Below are positions 19,613-29,860 of a stretch of 64,000 bases of DNA, in pieces. The stretch lies in contig CBDCOX010000002.1 in the NCBI GenBank assembly GCA_965219995.1, positions 1,984,001 through 2,048,000 of the forward strand. The letters are read 5' to 3'. Position 1 is the first letter of the stretch. Every line of letters starts with the position of its first letter. The notes beneath the pieces were generated by a model. It was not told where the DNA came from, did not search any database, and was given only the letters and a program-made list of their open reading frames with translations. Position numbers and translations under genes: made by a program. This stretch comes from Candidatus Latescibacterota bacterium. Lineage in GTDB: Bacteria > Latescibacterota > UBA2968 > GCA-2709665.

Positions 19613-20830
19613 TTACAACCCTTCTGTCGCGATGACTTCCAGCGCCTCGCCCATCGCACGGACGGCCTGGTCGATATCCGCCTCCGTGTGTGAGAAATTC
19701 GTATAACAGACGGAATAGATGATGATCCCTCGCTTCAGGACTTCCTCGTTGAACCTGAGAAACAACCGGCCCGAGTCGGGATGGTCGAACACCAGTTGTC
19801 CGACGGGCGGCGCCCCCGCGAAGCGCACCGGCAGACCCAATCTCTCGCTGCACGCATTGAAGCCTTCGTGAAGCTGTTCGCCGCGCTTCCACAACGTGCC
19901 GATCACATCCTCACGTTCATAGACATCCAGCACGGCACGTGCTGCGGCCAGACCAAGGGTGTCTCCTCCGAACGTGGACGACACCACGCAGTCCTTCACC
20001 GTCTCCATCACCGCCGCATTTCCCGCAAAACAGGATAGCGGCACGCCGTTCGACAACCCCTTGGCAAATACCGCCAGATCGGGAATCACTCCGAAATACT
20101 CCTGTGCGCCGGCACGCCGCAGGCGGAACCCCGTGACGATCTCGTCGAAAATGAGGACGGCCCCGCGCTGTTCGGTTAACTTCCGCAATTCCTTCAGAAA
20201 AGAACGCCCCTGTTCAACTTCCGCATACGCGCAGGCCACGCTGACGGCCGCAATCTCATCCGGCGCGGCTTCGAACGCCGCCGCATACGGACCGATATCG
20301 CCCCACGGCAACGCCATGTAAGTATTTCGAGTCGCCTCCGGCACCCCGCCTCGAGCCATCGTGTTGACCCAGCCGTGATATCCGCAGGTCAGGATGAGTT
20401 CCCGTTCCGTAAACGCCCTCGAAAGGCGGTGGGCGGCCGCCATCGCCTCGCCGCCCGTCTTCAGGAATCGGACCCGTTCCGCGCATGGCAACACCTCGAC
20501 CAGCCGCTCTGCGACCTCAACCTCCAGCGGGTGGGCATAGCTGAACACGATCCCACGCTCCAGCTGCTCTTTGACGGCCTCATCCACCGCGGGGAAACGA
20601 TAGCCCAGGGTAATCGGCCCCAATCCGTTCCTGAAATCGATGTATTCGTTGCCGTCGGCGTCCCACACCCGGCATCCGTCACCCCGAACCAGGTAGCAAG
20701 GCTCCACGCCCCGCAACGCCTCTCTCGGGGCCTTGGAATGGGTCTGGGTACCCAGCGGGATCACCTGCTGCGCCCGGTCATACAGCTCCCACGAACGCGC
20801 AACCGATCGCTCGACCTCCGTTGTCATCAT
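19613..20830 (-). CDS. Class III PLP aminotransferase (glutamate-1-semialdehyde aminomutase-like)
   Basis: DADGNEYID, KTGGEA, GYHGW, LIFDEIVTGFR, FAKGLSNG. AGGAGGT RBS before ATG 20830. Confidence 0.9.
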   Translation of the reverse strand: MMTTEVERSVARSWELYDRAQQVIPLGTQTHSKAPREALRGVEPCYLVRGDGCRVWDADGNEYIDFRNGLGPITLGYRFPAVDEAVKEQLERGIVFSYAHPLEVEVAERLVEVLPCAERVRFLKTGGEAMAAAHRLSRAFTERELILTCGYHGWVNTMARGGVPEATRNTYMALPWGDIGPYAAAFEAAPDEIAAVSVACAYAEVEQGRSFLKELRKLTEQRGAVLIFDEIVTGFRLRRAGAQEYFGVIPDLAVFAKGLSNGVPLSCFAGNAAVMETVKDCVVSSTFGGDTLGLAAARAVLDVYEREDVIGTLWKRGEQLHEGFNACSERLGLPVRFAGAPPVGQLVFDHPDSGRLFLRFNEEVLKRGIIIYSVCYTNFSHTEADIDQAVRAMGEALEVIATEGL

Positions 20831-20909
20831 CGACCTCCTGAGGAATCCTGTAAAGGGGCCTCGATCGAAAGTGGGATCCAACCCTTGCCATGTGCCCGCA
20901 ACCAGCGGG

Positions 20910-22877
20910 TCAATACCCGTGGATCGAATGCCCGCCGCCCGGAAACCAGACCATGTCCACAATCAACGAAACCCCCACGCCCGTCGAATAACCCACCAGA
21001 ACGCCAAGGAAAAACGGCACGTAGCGACGGTAGAGCGCGGCCCCGCCGATTCGTAATATGAGGAATTTGATAGCCCATGCCAGAAAGACCGAAAACACGG
21101 TATACCGTACCGAGGTTCCCGTACCGGCCAGCGCGAACCCCACGGGGTGGAAAGGCCACCAGGGAAACCGGTACTTGAGAAACGTCAACAACGACATCAC
21201 CGCCGCGCCAATGCCAAACAGACTCAGCTGCAAACGATGGGGCGGCTCCGGGTTGTTCATCTGGGTCAGTACACGTCCAAAACCGGATTTGCTGTACCTC
21301 GTGAACGGCCAATCGTTGAAATTATAGGCCCCGTACGTATATCCCAGATACAACGTAAACACAACCGAGAATATACACCCCAAACCGAAGGCCAGCAGTA
21401 GAGCAGCCAGCACACGCCGCCGCCCGTCTCGGGGGCAAACATCCGCCAATTTCGTGCCGTGGATTACCGACGGCATGAACAGTCCCTTGCCGTAGGACGC
21501 GACGCCGTTCGTGAATGCCAGCGTTGTCAGACTGGAACCCGACAGATTTCGCGACCCGAACAGCGACGTAACGAACCGTTGCGGCCCAACGGGCATGCTG
21601 ATGAATACCAGTCCCACGTCTGACACGATGCGCGCAACGCCCAGATACAGGACGAATGCCGCCAGAACGAACGCACAGGCCAGTACAAGACTCATCCCCG
21701 CCTGCCACCACCAGAAAACGGCGAAGAGCACGCACGCAGCCAGCCCGAACACCGCCGTCCGGAACGACATCATCTCGTCTTTCTCGTCCAGCGGCGCTGC
21801 CTTCCCGATCGCTTTCCTGAAGACCAGCCTCAAATGGTTCCTGGAAGTCCAGAATCCCCAACCCACCATCGCGAAAAACGCGCCCAGAGGCAGCCACTGA
21901 AAATCGCCCGACGCGTGGGACCACGAACTGGCGTTGTATCCCAGACGGTTCAGGATTCCGCTCCGAATGATGAACAGCAGATCGAAGAACCAGAGGCTGA
22001 ACAGGACGTCGATATTGGCGAAATAGCAGAAAGATATCGTGAACATGTTGATCCGTGTCCACAGACCAGGGAAGTAGCGTTCGAACCTGATCCAGGGACC
22101 CCAGCGGATATTCGGAATTTGCGGAAAGCCGGGAACGAAGTAGTTGATCATATTCCACGCCAGAATGCCGAACGCGACGGCGAAGCCAATCCAGAAAAGC
22201 CGTGGGAACTCCAATGACCGGGCACGTTCCGTAAGCTCCGTGACCGGGCGCAGAATCGGAAACGAAATGCGTTCGCTCTCCACCCACTGCTTGCGCAGAA
22301 TCACCGCGAGGCAGACGGAACCGAAGAAAAGAGCGGTAATCAGCCCCATCCAGCAAACCACCGGCACGAACCAGGCATTCCAGGGAATGGCGTCGCCGGG
22401 CGGCAGTCCTTCGAACAGGTGATTGAGCGTGCCGTTCGTGTTCCTCGGCGCCAGCCAGTGCGGAATATAGGGATGGAAGAATTCTCCCCACTGGTTCTCC
22501 GGCGTCGCGAAGTAGAAAGGCGCCGCGATCGCACCCAGGAAATACCCCGTCAGGCCCACAGACGGAATGGCCCCGCCGACCAGACCGCCCGCGAGCACGA
22601 CCAGGAGTTCCGTCGACGATAGCGCGTACCGATGCGAGAGTAACCGGCACAGCGGGTTCAGTCCCAGGGCAAGCAGGAGGTACAACAGCAGCGTACCCAT
22701 CGGAAAATGACTCAACGTCATGCGCGACGCGTGGACGACGTACTCCACGTAATTCACGACGACGTTCACCCCGACGGCCAGCAATCCGGCCAGCAAAACG
22801 CTGCGCAGCGTCACCGCCTTCCTGTCAAGTCCACCCTCGACTTCGGCCGGTACGGCAACGGCGGATGCTTCTGCCAT
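20910..22877 (-). CDS. DUF6785/DUF6784-type polytopic membrane protein (putative OPT-related transporter)
   Basis: Many hydrophobic segments, KQWVESERISFP, WWPFHPVGF, PFFLGVLVG motifs. Confidence 0.75.
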   Translation of the reverse strand: MAEASAVAVPAEVEGGLDRKAVTLRSVLLAGLLAVGVNVVVNYVEYVVHASRMTLSHFPMGTLLLYLLLALGLNPLCRLLSHRYALSSTELLVVLAGGLVGGAIPSVGLTGYFLGAIAAPFYFATPENQWGEFFHPYIPHWLAPRNTNGTLNHLFEGLPPGDAIPWNAWFVPVVCWMGLITALFFGSVCLAVILRKQWVESERISFPILRPVTELTERARSLEFPRLFWIGFAVAFGILAWNMINYFVPGFPQIPNIRWGPWIRFERYFPGLWTRINMFTISFCYFANIDVLFSLWFFDLLFIIRSGILNRLGYNASSWSHASGDFQWLPLGAFFAMVGWGFWTSRNHLRLVFRKAIGKAAPLDEKDEMMSFRTAVFGLAACVLFAVFWWWQAGMSLVLACAFVLAAFVLYLGVARIVSDVGLVFISMPVGPQRFVTSLFGSRNLSGSSLTTLAFTNGVASYGKGLFMPSVIHGTKLADVCPRDGRRRVLAALLLAFGLGCIFSVVFTLYLGYTYGAYNFNDWPFTRYSKSGFGRVLTQMNNPEPPHRLQLSLFGIGAAVMSLLTFLKYRFPWWPFHPVGFALAGTGTSVRYTVFSVFLAWAIKFLILRIGGAALYRRYVPFFLGVLVGYSTGVGVSLIVDMVWFPGGGHSIHGY

Positions 22878-23137
22878 CGTAACTATCCTCTTATCCTGTG
22901 ACACCCACAATGGCGAGCCGCCGGATCACCTGCGGATCCAGGACCAATGAGATCGGGATCAGCGATAAACACACTAATTCTGAGGCATTCTCCGGGACAC
23001 AGCAATATACAAAACCAACTTAATAAACACAAAAAGACCGGGCTCCAGCGTTCGAGCCCAGTATGTGAATCGTTGCAATCGAATCTGAATCCCCATCGGG
23101 TACGGCTTTCCTCGTGGGAACGGTATTTGCTATCAAA

Positions 23138-23166
23138 TTGACTTAAGGGCGATGGTTGTTTACTTT
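23138..23166 (+). promoter_or_regulatory. Sigma70-type promoter for the DUF4160/DUF2442 pair
   Basis: TTGACT-N17-TACTTT, about 35 nt upstream of ATG 23200. Confidence 0.55.
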
Positions 23167-23199
23167 AATTCAACGGACGCAGGCGGAGCGAATTCCAGG

Positions 23200-23432
23200 A
23201 TGCCGACGACTTCGATCGAAGGGTACAAACTTCGGTTCTATTCTTCAGACCGGTTTGAACCCCGCACGTCCATGTGTTAAAGGGCGGCAACGAAGCCAAA
23301 ATCTGGCTTCAGCCGATAGAGGTAGAACGTAACTACGGTTTCAACCCGGTGGAATTGAATCGCATTGTCAGATTAACACATCGGAATCAGCCAATGCTAC
23401 TGGAGACGTGGAATGTCTATTTTGCCCGATGA
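23200..23432 (+). pseudogene. DUF4160 family protein (putative TA toxin), frameshifted
   Basis: MPTTSIEGYKLRFYSSDRFEP, then a frame change at gaaCCCCg (~23260). Adding one C gives EPPHVHVLKGGNEAKIWLQPIEVERNYGF...WNVYFAR*. Confidence 0.75.
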
Positions 23433-23679
23433 AACCACCAGTCAGGTCAAAGCAACCGGGGTTCGATTCGTCGACAACAGGCTTCATATTTCGTTGGACG
23501 ACGGCCGGGACATCAGCCTCTCCATACACAGGGTCGATTGGCTGGGCTGGCTTGCAAAAGCAACCCCTGAGCAACGAGACAACTGGTCGATTGAGCCCGG
23601 AGGCTTCGCGGTGTATTGGGAAGACCTCGACGACGGCATCGAAATCAGACATCTGTTGAAACTGCAGCCCCTTTCATAG
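23413..23679 (+). CDS. DUF2442 family protein (putative antitoxin)
   Basis: LHISLDDGRDIS...WLAKATPEQRDNW.I..GG..VYWEDLDDGI. Overlaps the DUF4160 stop. Confidence 0.85.
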   Translation: MSILPDETTSQVKATGVRFVDNRLHISLDDGRDISLSIHRVDWLGWLAKATPEQRDNWSIEPGGFAVYWEDLDDGIEIRHLLKLQPLS

Positions 23680-23820
23680 TCACGCGGACGCCTTACGGCA
23701 TTCAATCAGACTACGTAAATTGAACGTTCCGTACCCTTAAACAAAAGCGGAAGACCTGCATCCAGTCCCTGCAATGCCGTCCGAAAGGGCAATACCGCCA
23801 TCTGCAAAGACTCGTGTCTA

Positions 23821-25434
23821 CTATACACCAGCAGCCCACATGTTTCCGCCCGCCCGCACCTTCCCCTCCGTCTTCAGGAATTCCGCGCAATGCGCGCCGC
23901 CCGCGACGCCTCCGACCACGTCCAGATCGTGGCCCATTTCGAGCAGCCCGTCCCGAATGGCTTCGTCCAGCGATCTCGTTACCATCAGGGGCTCCTCCAT
24001 CTGGACGTGCATCCGGGGGCCGGACACGGCCTCGAACGATGTCGCGCCGAAATCCACGATTTTCTGCGCGACCCGCGCGTTCACGCTCACAAGCCTTCGC
24101 CCTCCCGGCAACCCCGTCGCGACGTCCCGGTCCGGGAGGCGAATGATCAGCGGCGCCGTGTTGTTCAGCGGGCGTTTTCCGGGTCCCACCGAGTTTCGGC
24201 GTCCCGGCCGAGGATCCAGCCGGCACATCCCGTGCCCCAGTATCAACCCCGTACCGGGCACCGTGACCAGGGACCCGAATGCGCCGCCCTGAGAGATTGT
24301 CACGGACGCCACGTTGCCTTCCACGTCCGCCGTGGAAACATGGAGTGTCCCCTCCGACGAATCCCCCTCCGGCCCCGGGGACCGCCGATCCACAAGCTGC
24401 GGAAACTGCCGTACGGACTCTGCGCGTCCCGCCGCGTAGTCTTTACTCAACAGCCGCTCAACCCGGACCTCCACGTGATCCGGATCCGCCAGATACAGGA
24501 GCCGGTCCCGCCACGCCAGTTTCAGCACTTCGGCCAGCAGGTGCCAGTACGTCACCGTATCGTCCGGCACCGGATCGAAGCACTCCAGCATATTGAGCAC
24601 CTGGAGGGCCGTCAGCCCACCGTTCGGCAAGATCGCCGCATAGACGGTAGCGTCGCGGTAGCCGGTCTCGTAAGGCGCCGTTACGCGGGGCTCAAAGGCG
24701 GCCATATCCTTCCGCGTTAGCGCCCCGCCCGCGCTGCCGACGTGATCCGCGATCTTCCACCCGATCTCTCCATCGTAGAAGTCGCGCCACCCCGCCTCGC
24801 ACGCTCGCGTCAACGATTTTTCCATATCACGCCTGTGCCATCTGTCGTCCTCCTTCGGCAGACGCCCTTCCGGCATCAGATGCTTCTCTGTTTCCGGGAA
24901 CCGCCGGATCACCTTCGCCAGGTGCCGAACCGCGGCGGCCGTGGAGCCGAACGGGAATCCGTTCTCCAGCAGCGTCAGCGACGGCGCCACGATATCCGAC
25001 CACTTCAGCCGGCCCCAGCGCTCCCACAGCAGCCCCATCCCCGCCATCATGCCCGGCGGGCCCACCGCCTGCGGGCCGTGCACATTGGCGTTGTCCCTCA
25101 CGGAACAGAGGTACTCGTTCTCGTTGATCCCCTTCGGCCCGTCCCGCATCGGCACCACGTCGTACATCGTCTCACGCGCCGATGCGGGCGCAATGGAGTT
25201 GGCATCCAGAGACCACACCTTCCCGGTCCGCCCGTCCAGCACGAGGGCGCACAGCACATATCCCATCACGCCAGTGGACTGAGGCTGCAGCATACAGCAG
25301 GCCATACTTGCCGCGGCGGCCGCGTCCATCGCGTTCCCGCCCAGGTCCAATACGCGCGCGCCCACACGGGCCGCTTCCTCCGGGCCGGCGGCAACAGCGC
25401 CCCGAGACGTGAGAATTTCCTTGCCTTCAATCAT
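23821..25434 (-). CDS. Gamma-glutamyltransferase family (Ntn hydrolase)
   Basis: GGNAMDAA, FYDGEIG, YLADPD, GTLHVSTAD (catalytic Thr), GPGKRPL. No signal peptide. Confidence 0.9.
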   Translation of the reverse strand: MIEGKEILTSRGAVAAGPEEAARVGARVLDLGGNAMDAAAAASMACCMLQPQSTGVMGYVLCALVLDGRTGKVWSLDANSIAPASARETMYDVVPMRDGPKGINENEYLCSVRDNANVHGPQAVGPPGMMAGMGLLWERWGRLKWSDIVAPSLTLLENGFPFGSTAAAVRHLAKVIRRFPETEKHLMPEGRLPKEDDRWHRRDMEKSLTRACEAGWRDFYDGEIGWKIADHVGSAGGALTRKDMAAFEPRVTAPYETGYRDATVYAAILPNGGLTALQVLNMLECFDPVPDDTVTYWHLLAEVLKLAWRDRLLYLADPDHVEVRVERLLSKDYAAGRAESVRQFPQLVDRRSPGPEGDSSEGTLHVSTADVEGNVASVTISQGGAFGSLVTVPGTGLILGHGMCRLDPRPGRRNSVGPGKRPLNNTAPLIIRLPDRDVATGLPGGRRLVSVNARVAQKIVDFGATSFEAVSGPRMHVQMEEPLMVTRSLDEAIRDGLLEMGHDLDVVGGVAGGAHCAEFLKTEGKVRAGGNMWAAGV

Positions 25435-25538
25435 CCGATTCCTTGCTCGGGATCGCAAACCGCCGCTTCCGACGGCGCCACGGGTTTCCTGTGTTTTCGG
25501 CAGAACGGCTCGCATGCGAGAGACCGCATGGACGATGC

Positions 25539-26756
25539 CTACAATCCGGCTGCGACCTTGTTGATTGCGGCCGCGATATCCCGAATGTCGGAGGCTTCCA
25601 TCTGCTCATGGATGCCCCGTACGGCGACGGTCCGCAAACCGGCTACGGCCTGAGGGGTTGTGTCCGGGCCATAATGGTATTCCCGGTCCGTCGCCCCGCA
25701 GGTGAACGGACAACCGCTTTTTCCGTACGTTTTCTTCTCAGTGAGGAACTTTCCGCGCATGAATATCGGATCGCCAATATAGTGGGCGCCTGTAGGCACG
25801 CCCTCGGCGGACAGCGCTTTGCAGAACCGATCCGGGTCGTGACCCGTCACGTGAAATATGAAATTCCACCACGATACCTCCCTGTCCGCCTCCCCGGGCA
25901 CGGGTTCGATTCCCGGTGCGTGCGCAATCAACTCGCACAACGTCCGGCCCAGGTAAATCCGGCGCTTGACCACGGAGCGCACCTTTTCCAACTGCGCCAG
26001 GCCCACCGCTCCCTGCATTTCCGTCATCCGATACGTCGGCGCCAGAAACCCGTGATCCCGCTCGCCCATGTATTGATAGTCCCATCCCTTATCTGAAAAC
26101 AGCTTCAGGCGGATGTACGTCTTTTCGTCATTGGTGACCGTCATTCCGCCGTCGCCGGTGGTCATGTGTTTGGATTGCTGAAGGCTGAAACACCCCATGT
26201 GCCCGAACGTCCCCACGTACCGACCCTTGAATCTGGTCGCGTGCGCCTGGCTGCAATCCTCGATCAGGATCAGGTTGTATCGATCGGCGACGTCCACGAC
26301 CCCTTCGACGTCGCACGGCCTCCCGAAGAGATGCACCAGAATGATCGCCCGCGTCCGGCCCGTAATGACAGCTTCGATGGACTCGGGCGTCATGTTCAAC
26401 GTCCTCGGTTCCACGTCGGCGAAGACCGGGACCGCGTTCTGCTGCAGGATCGGCATCACGCTGCCCGGATCGGTCACGGGCGCGGTAATGATCTCGTCTC
26501 CCGGCTCCGGGTTCACGGCCCCCACCGCAACGTGAATAGCGGCCGATCCGCCCGTGGAACTCTGTGCGTACCTGACACCGTAAAAGTCGGCAAAGGCTCT
26601 TTCGAAATCCTTTACGAACCGTCCGCTCTTGCCGAACAGATTCTGGCTGCGCACGGCATCAATCAGCAACTCTTCCTCCCGTTGCCCGAACGGCGTCCTC
26701 TCGGGAAACGGTCGCGTTCGAACCTTCGGCCCTCCATGGATTGCCAGCCTTGCCAT
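25539..26756 (-). CDS. DegT/DnrJ/EryC1/StrS family aminotransferase
   Basis: LAIHGG, VHLFG, IEDCSQAH, FSLQQSKHMTTGDGG. GGAGGG RBS before ATG 26756. Confidence 0.92.
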   Translation of the reverse strand: MARLAIHGGPKVRTRPFPERTPFGQREEELLIDAVRSQNLFGKSGRFVKDFERAFADFYGVRYAQSSTGGSAAIHVAVGAVNPEPGDEIITAPVTDPGSVMPILQQNAVPVFADVEPRTLNMTPESIEAVITGRTRAIILVHLFGRPCDVEGVVDVADRYNLILIEDCSQAHATRFKGRYVGTFGHMGCFSLQQSKHMTTGDGGMTVTNDEKTYIRLKLFSDKGWDYQYMGERDHGFLAPTYRMTEMQGAVGLAQLEKVRSVVKRRIYLGRTLCELIAHAPGIEPVPGEADREVSWWNFIFHVTGHDPDRFCKALSAEGVPTGAHYIGDPIFMRGKFLTEKKTYGKSGCPFTCGATDREYHYGPDTTPQAVAGLRTVAVRGIHEQMEASDIRDIAAAINKVAAGL

Positions 26757-26782
26757 TTTCCCTCCGAAACACAAAACGATTT

Positions 26783-27100
26783 TGGATAGGCGTGATCCAC
26801 TCCTGACAAATCGAAAACTTGGAACAAACATGGATGGACAGGATGAGCAGGATAAAAGCTGGAAAAGCGGAGAACCCTTGTCGATCCGGCATATCATCCA
26901 GGCAAATGACAACGTCACTGCCGTCCAACACTCAAACCGACTATGGATAGACGTGATCCACTCCTGACAAATTCAAAACCCGGAACAAACAAGGATGGAC
27001 AGGATGAACAGGATAAAAACTGGAAAAGCGGAGAACCCTTGTCGATCCGGCATATCATCCAGGCAAATGACAACGTCACTGCCGTCCAACACTCGAACCG
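26783..27100 (+). repeat. Two tandem ~161-bp direct repeats, each carrying the ACA(T/A)GGATGGACAGGATGA(G/A)CAGGAT motif
   Basis: Copies start at 26783 and 26944, with a long identical block ctggaaaagcggagaacccttgtcgatccggcatatcatccaggcaaatgacaacgtcactgccgtccaacactc. Confidence 0.95.
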
Positions 27101-27128
27101 TCTTGGGCACACGTGACTTCCAAAAAAT

Positions 27129-27206
27129 AAGAATCCAGAAGCTGGAAGTCAGAATCCGGTAGTGAAACCGGCAATTATTCTGATTCTGACCCTCAACTCC
27201 TGGATT
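27129..27206. repeat. Imperfect inverted repeat built of ~7-bp units (CAGAAKY / RTTCTGA)
   Basis: agaatccagaagctggaagtcagaat ... attctgattctgac...tcctggatt. Confidence 0.55.
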
Positions 27207-27261
27207 TCTCAAATGGCACTCCGCCCAATGCCCCTCCATCCCGATCCCCTTTTGTTGCCGT

Positions 27262-29730
27262 TTACCGCTCCAACCGGAACAGGACCTCCTTCTCCGCTTC
27301 CACGTCGCCGTTCTGGTCCACAACGCGAACCGTCAGCCGGTTCACGCCGGACTTGGCGTTTCTGAGGTCCATCTCGAAATACTCCTGAAGGTCCGTTTCA
27401 TCCCGGATTTGCTCCGTGGATACGGAAACCTCCGGGGTGCGTTCACCCCTGCGGAACAGCGTGCCTACACCCGCCCACAAGCGCCCGAACGTGCCGCCCT
27501 TCTCCGGCATCGAATGGATCGTGTAATGCAGCGTAAACCGGCTCTGGCCGAACGTGTCCGGCTTCAGCCCATAAGCTTCGTAATAGACAAACGGGTGCTG
27601 GTTCATCCGATAGGTCTTGGTGGTCATCGGAATTACCCAGATTCCGCCCCCCTTTGCGTATTTTTCCAGCCCGCCATCCGTCGATATCTGGAATCCCAGT
27701 TCCAGGCCGCTCAGCTTCAACGTATCCAGGGAATAGTCCTCGACCTCGAGTCGTTCCTTATAGATGCCCGAATGGCCGGAAACAAGGTCTTTGACCTGTA
27801 CACGCATATCGTAAGCGCCCGGCGTCACGTCCAGCGCGAGCTGATTCGGAATAAAGGTCCCCTTGCCCGTATAGAGCTCCTTCGACGTGCGCAACGCCAG
27901 TTCCTCGCTGTCCTGCAGCGTCTGTCCCGATACCGGATCGTACAACGCGATCGCACACCCCAGTTGGAAAACGGTCTGTTCGTCCGATTCCGACCCGCTC
28001 AGGCTGCGGGGCGGAATTCCATAATAGACTTCAACTCGCGTCTTGCCATTGGATCCCCGGAACGTCGCGCGATCGTAGTAGAAATCCAGAAATGCCTCGC
28101 GGCCGCCGGGAAGATAGTGTTCCGGCATCTGCCGTATGCTCCGGTTCATTACCATCGCGGGCGAATACTTCACCATCCGGCTGGTCCGCCGTAGCGCGCC
28201 TTCGTCGAATTCCGCCGCGGGCACGGGCGCGAAGTCGAACCTCCCACCCCCCAGTTCGTTGGTAAACACCACCTCGATGCCCCCCGCGACACCCGTATAT
28301 ACCCAGGACTCCCACTTGATGAAGGACATGAAGTCCCCTCCCGCCACCTGCGCGCGGTTTTGGGACAGGGTGACCACGTAATTGTCTCCATCCAGCGCCG
28401 ACATATCCGCGGGGGCCAGGGGTTCGTCGGCCAGAGCAGGCGCCCCCAGTTCCACCTCCAGAGGGTCCGGCGCCTCGCCCTGATCGGTACCCGGCGGCAA
28501 TTCAGCCGGGAAATCCAGGCCCACCTCGTGCATCCTGCGAACCGGGAATACAGGCCCACGTCCCACGTCCGCCATGCCCAGCGGCCCGTAGATATCGTGG
28601 GCGACGCGCTCCTTGATCCGCTCGACGGAAACCGGCATTGGCGGCGCCACGCTGCCGGACGTCGACCGGTATTCCGGTTCGCCGTATCGGATATAGACCT
28701 CCCCGCGCCGGTCCCACGGATACGCCAATTCGGAAAAAGAGGTTCGCGAATACCACACGCGCCGATAGTGCTCCAGCTTCCGCTCGTTCACCGAAGTCAT
28801 CAGGTCCGGGTCTCTTACCGACCAGAACCGCACGAGGTACTCCCTCCGTACGGCCGCATCATCCGCGGTCTCCCGATAGGCGTGGAGCTCTTCCCTGGAT
28901 GCAATCAGGCTAACGTCCTGGTACAACCGGCGTTCTTCGGACGGCATCCGTGAAAAACCGCGGCCGTAATACTGCATGGCCAGATCCAGGGCCTCCCGGC
29001 TCGCGCAGGCCTGCGCCACGACCGGCAGCAGCAAAGCCTCGTCCGCGGTTACCTCCAGGGAGTCCAGCGCTTCCGATGGCAAGTCCTCAAAAACACCCGT
29101 CCGGACAAAGGCCCCGACCACCGCCTGGACCACCGCCGGCTCCCTCGTCGGATCCACCGACAGAGAGCGCACGTAGGCGTCGACAGACTTGTCATAATCC
29201 TCGATATCGGAATACAGGCGCCCGAGGAGTCTGTGGGCCAGTTCGAAACGCGGCGACAGCGCCGCTGCCCGCGACGCGTGGTAAATCGTCTGCTCCGTAA
29301 ACCTGCCCTTTTCGCCCTCAGCGGTCCCGGACCGGTAGGACGCCAGCGCCATCCCGAAGTGGGCCGGCGCGAACCCGTCGTTCTGCGCAAGGGCCGACTG
29401 GAACGCCTCCCGCGCCCTCGTCAGGTCCGACTTCAGCAACCTCGTGTATCCAATGCGGGTATTGTGACCGGCCGGATCAGTCGTCAATTGCGGCCAGTAC
29501 GCCTTTACGGCCCGCTGCACCTCCCGGTCCGGGTCGAAAGGCAGGTTGCCAAAGACAGCCGGCATCTCGTACCCCTCAGCGACCCGCTGCCCCTCCGGGT
29601 CCGGTACGGCGGTTGAAGACCCTGCCGCTTCCGGTTTTGTCTGTTCGGCACGGGTAGGGAGACCGTTCGTCAGCACAAAGGTCAAAGCGGCGAACCAGAT
29701 AACCGTCCTCAATGATTGAATCCGGTACAT
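27262..29730 (-). CDS. Secreted TPR + GWxTD-domain protein
   Basis: Signal peptide, TPRs, FWSVRDPDLMTSVNERKLEHYRRVWY, PWDRRGEVYIRYGEP. Paralogous to the C-terminal part of 15783..19532. Confidence 0.85.
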   Translation of the reverse strand: MYRIQSLRTVIWFAALTFVLTNGLPTRAEQTKPEAAGSSTAVPDPEGQRVAEGYEMPAVFGNLPFDPDREVQRAVKAYWPQLTTDPAGHNTRIGYTRLLKSDLTRAREAFQSALAQNDGFAPAHFGMALASYRSGTAEGEKGRFTEQTIYHASRAAALSPRFELAHRLLGRLYSDIEDYDKSVDAYVRSLSVDPTREPAVVQAVVGAFVRTGVFEDLPSEALDSLEVTADEALLLPVVAQACASREALDLAMQYYGRGFSRMPSEERRLYQDVSLIASREELHAYRETADDAAVRREYLVRFWSVRDPDLMTSVNERKLEHYRRVWYSRTSFSELAYPWDRRGEVYIRYGEPEYRSTSGSVAPPMPVSVERIKERVAHDIYGPLGMADVGRGPVFPVRRMHEVGLDFPAELPPGTDQGEAPDPLEVELGAPALADEPLAPADMSALDGDNYVVTLSQNRAQVAGGDFMSFIKWESWVYTGVAGGIEVVFTNELGGGRFDFAPVPAAEFDEGALRRTSRMVKYSPAMVMNRSIRQMPEHYLPGGREAFLDFYYDRATFRGSNGKTRVEVYYGIPPRSLSGSESDEQTVFQLGCAIALYDPVSGQTLQDSEELALRTSKELYTGKGTFIPNQLALDVTPGAYDMRVQVKDLVSGHSGIYKERLEVEDYSLDTLKLSGLELGFQISTDGGLEKYAKGGGIWVIPMTTKTYRMNQHPFVYYEAYGLKPDTFGQSRFTLHYTIHSMPEKGGTFGRLWAGVGTLFRRGERTPEVSVSTEQIRDETDLQEYFEMDLRNAKSGVNRLTVRVVDQNGDVEAEKEVLFRLER

Positions 29731-29860
29731 CGTTTTCGTCCTCGTTTCAGGTTGGCGCCATCAGATCAGACCGCAACAGCAATCCTCGATACACGACGGG
29801 CGAAACGCGCACACTGTTCCCGATAACTATAGGATGCTCACGGGAGAAAATGGTTGCAAA

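Noticed and set aside
19613-20830. hemL assignment
   Set aside because: Family-level similarity only, with no tetrapyrrole gene context, so the symbol is withheld.
26659-27365. Short ORFs across repeat regions (also 30024..30908, 38946..39341, 41223..41514, 47553..47872)
   Set aside because: They are translations of non-coding repeats or antisense frames and lack RBS or domain support.
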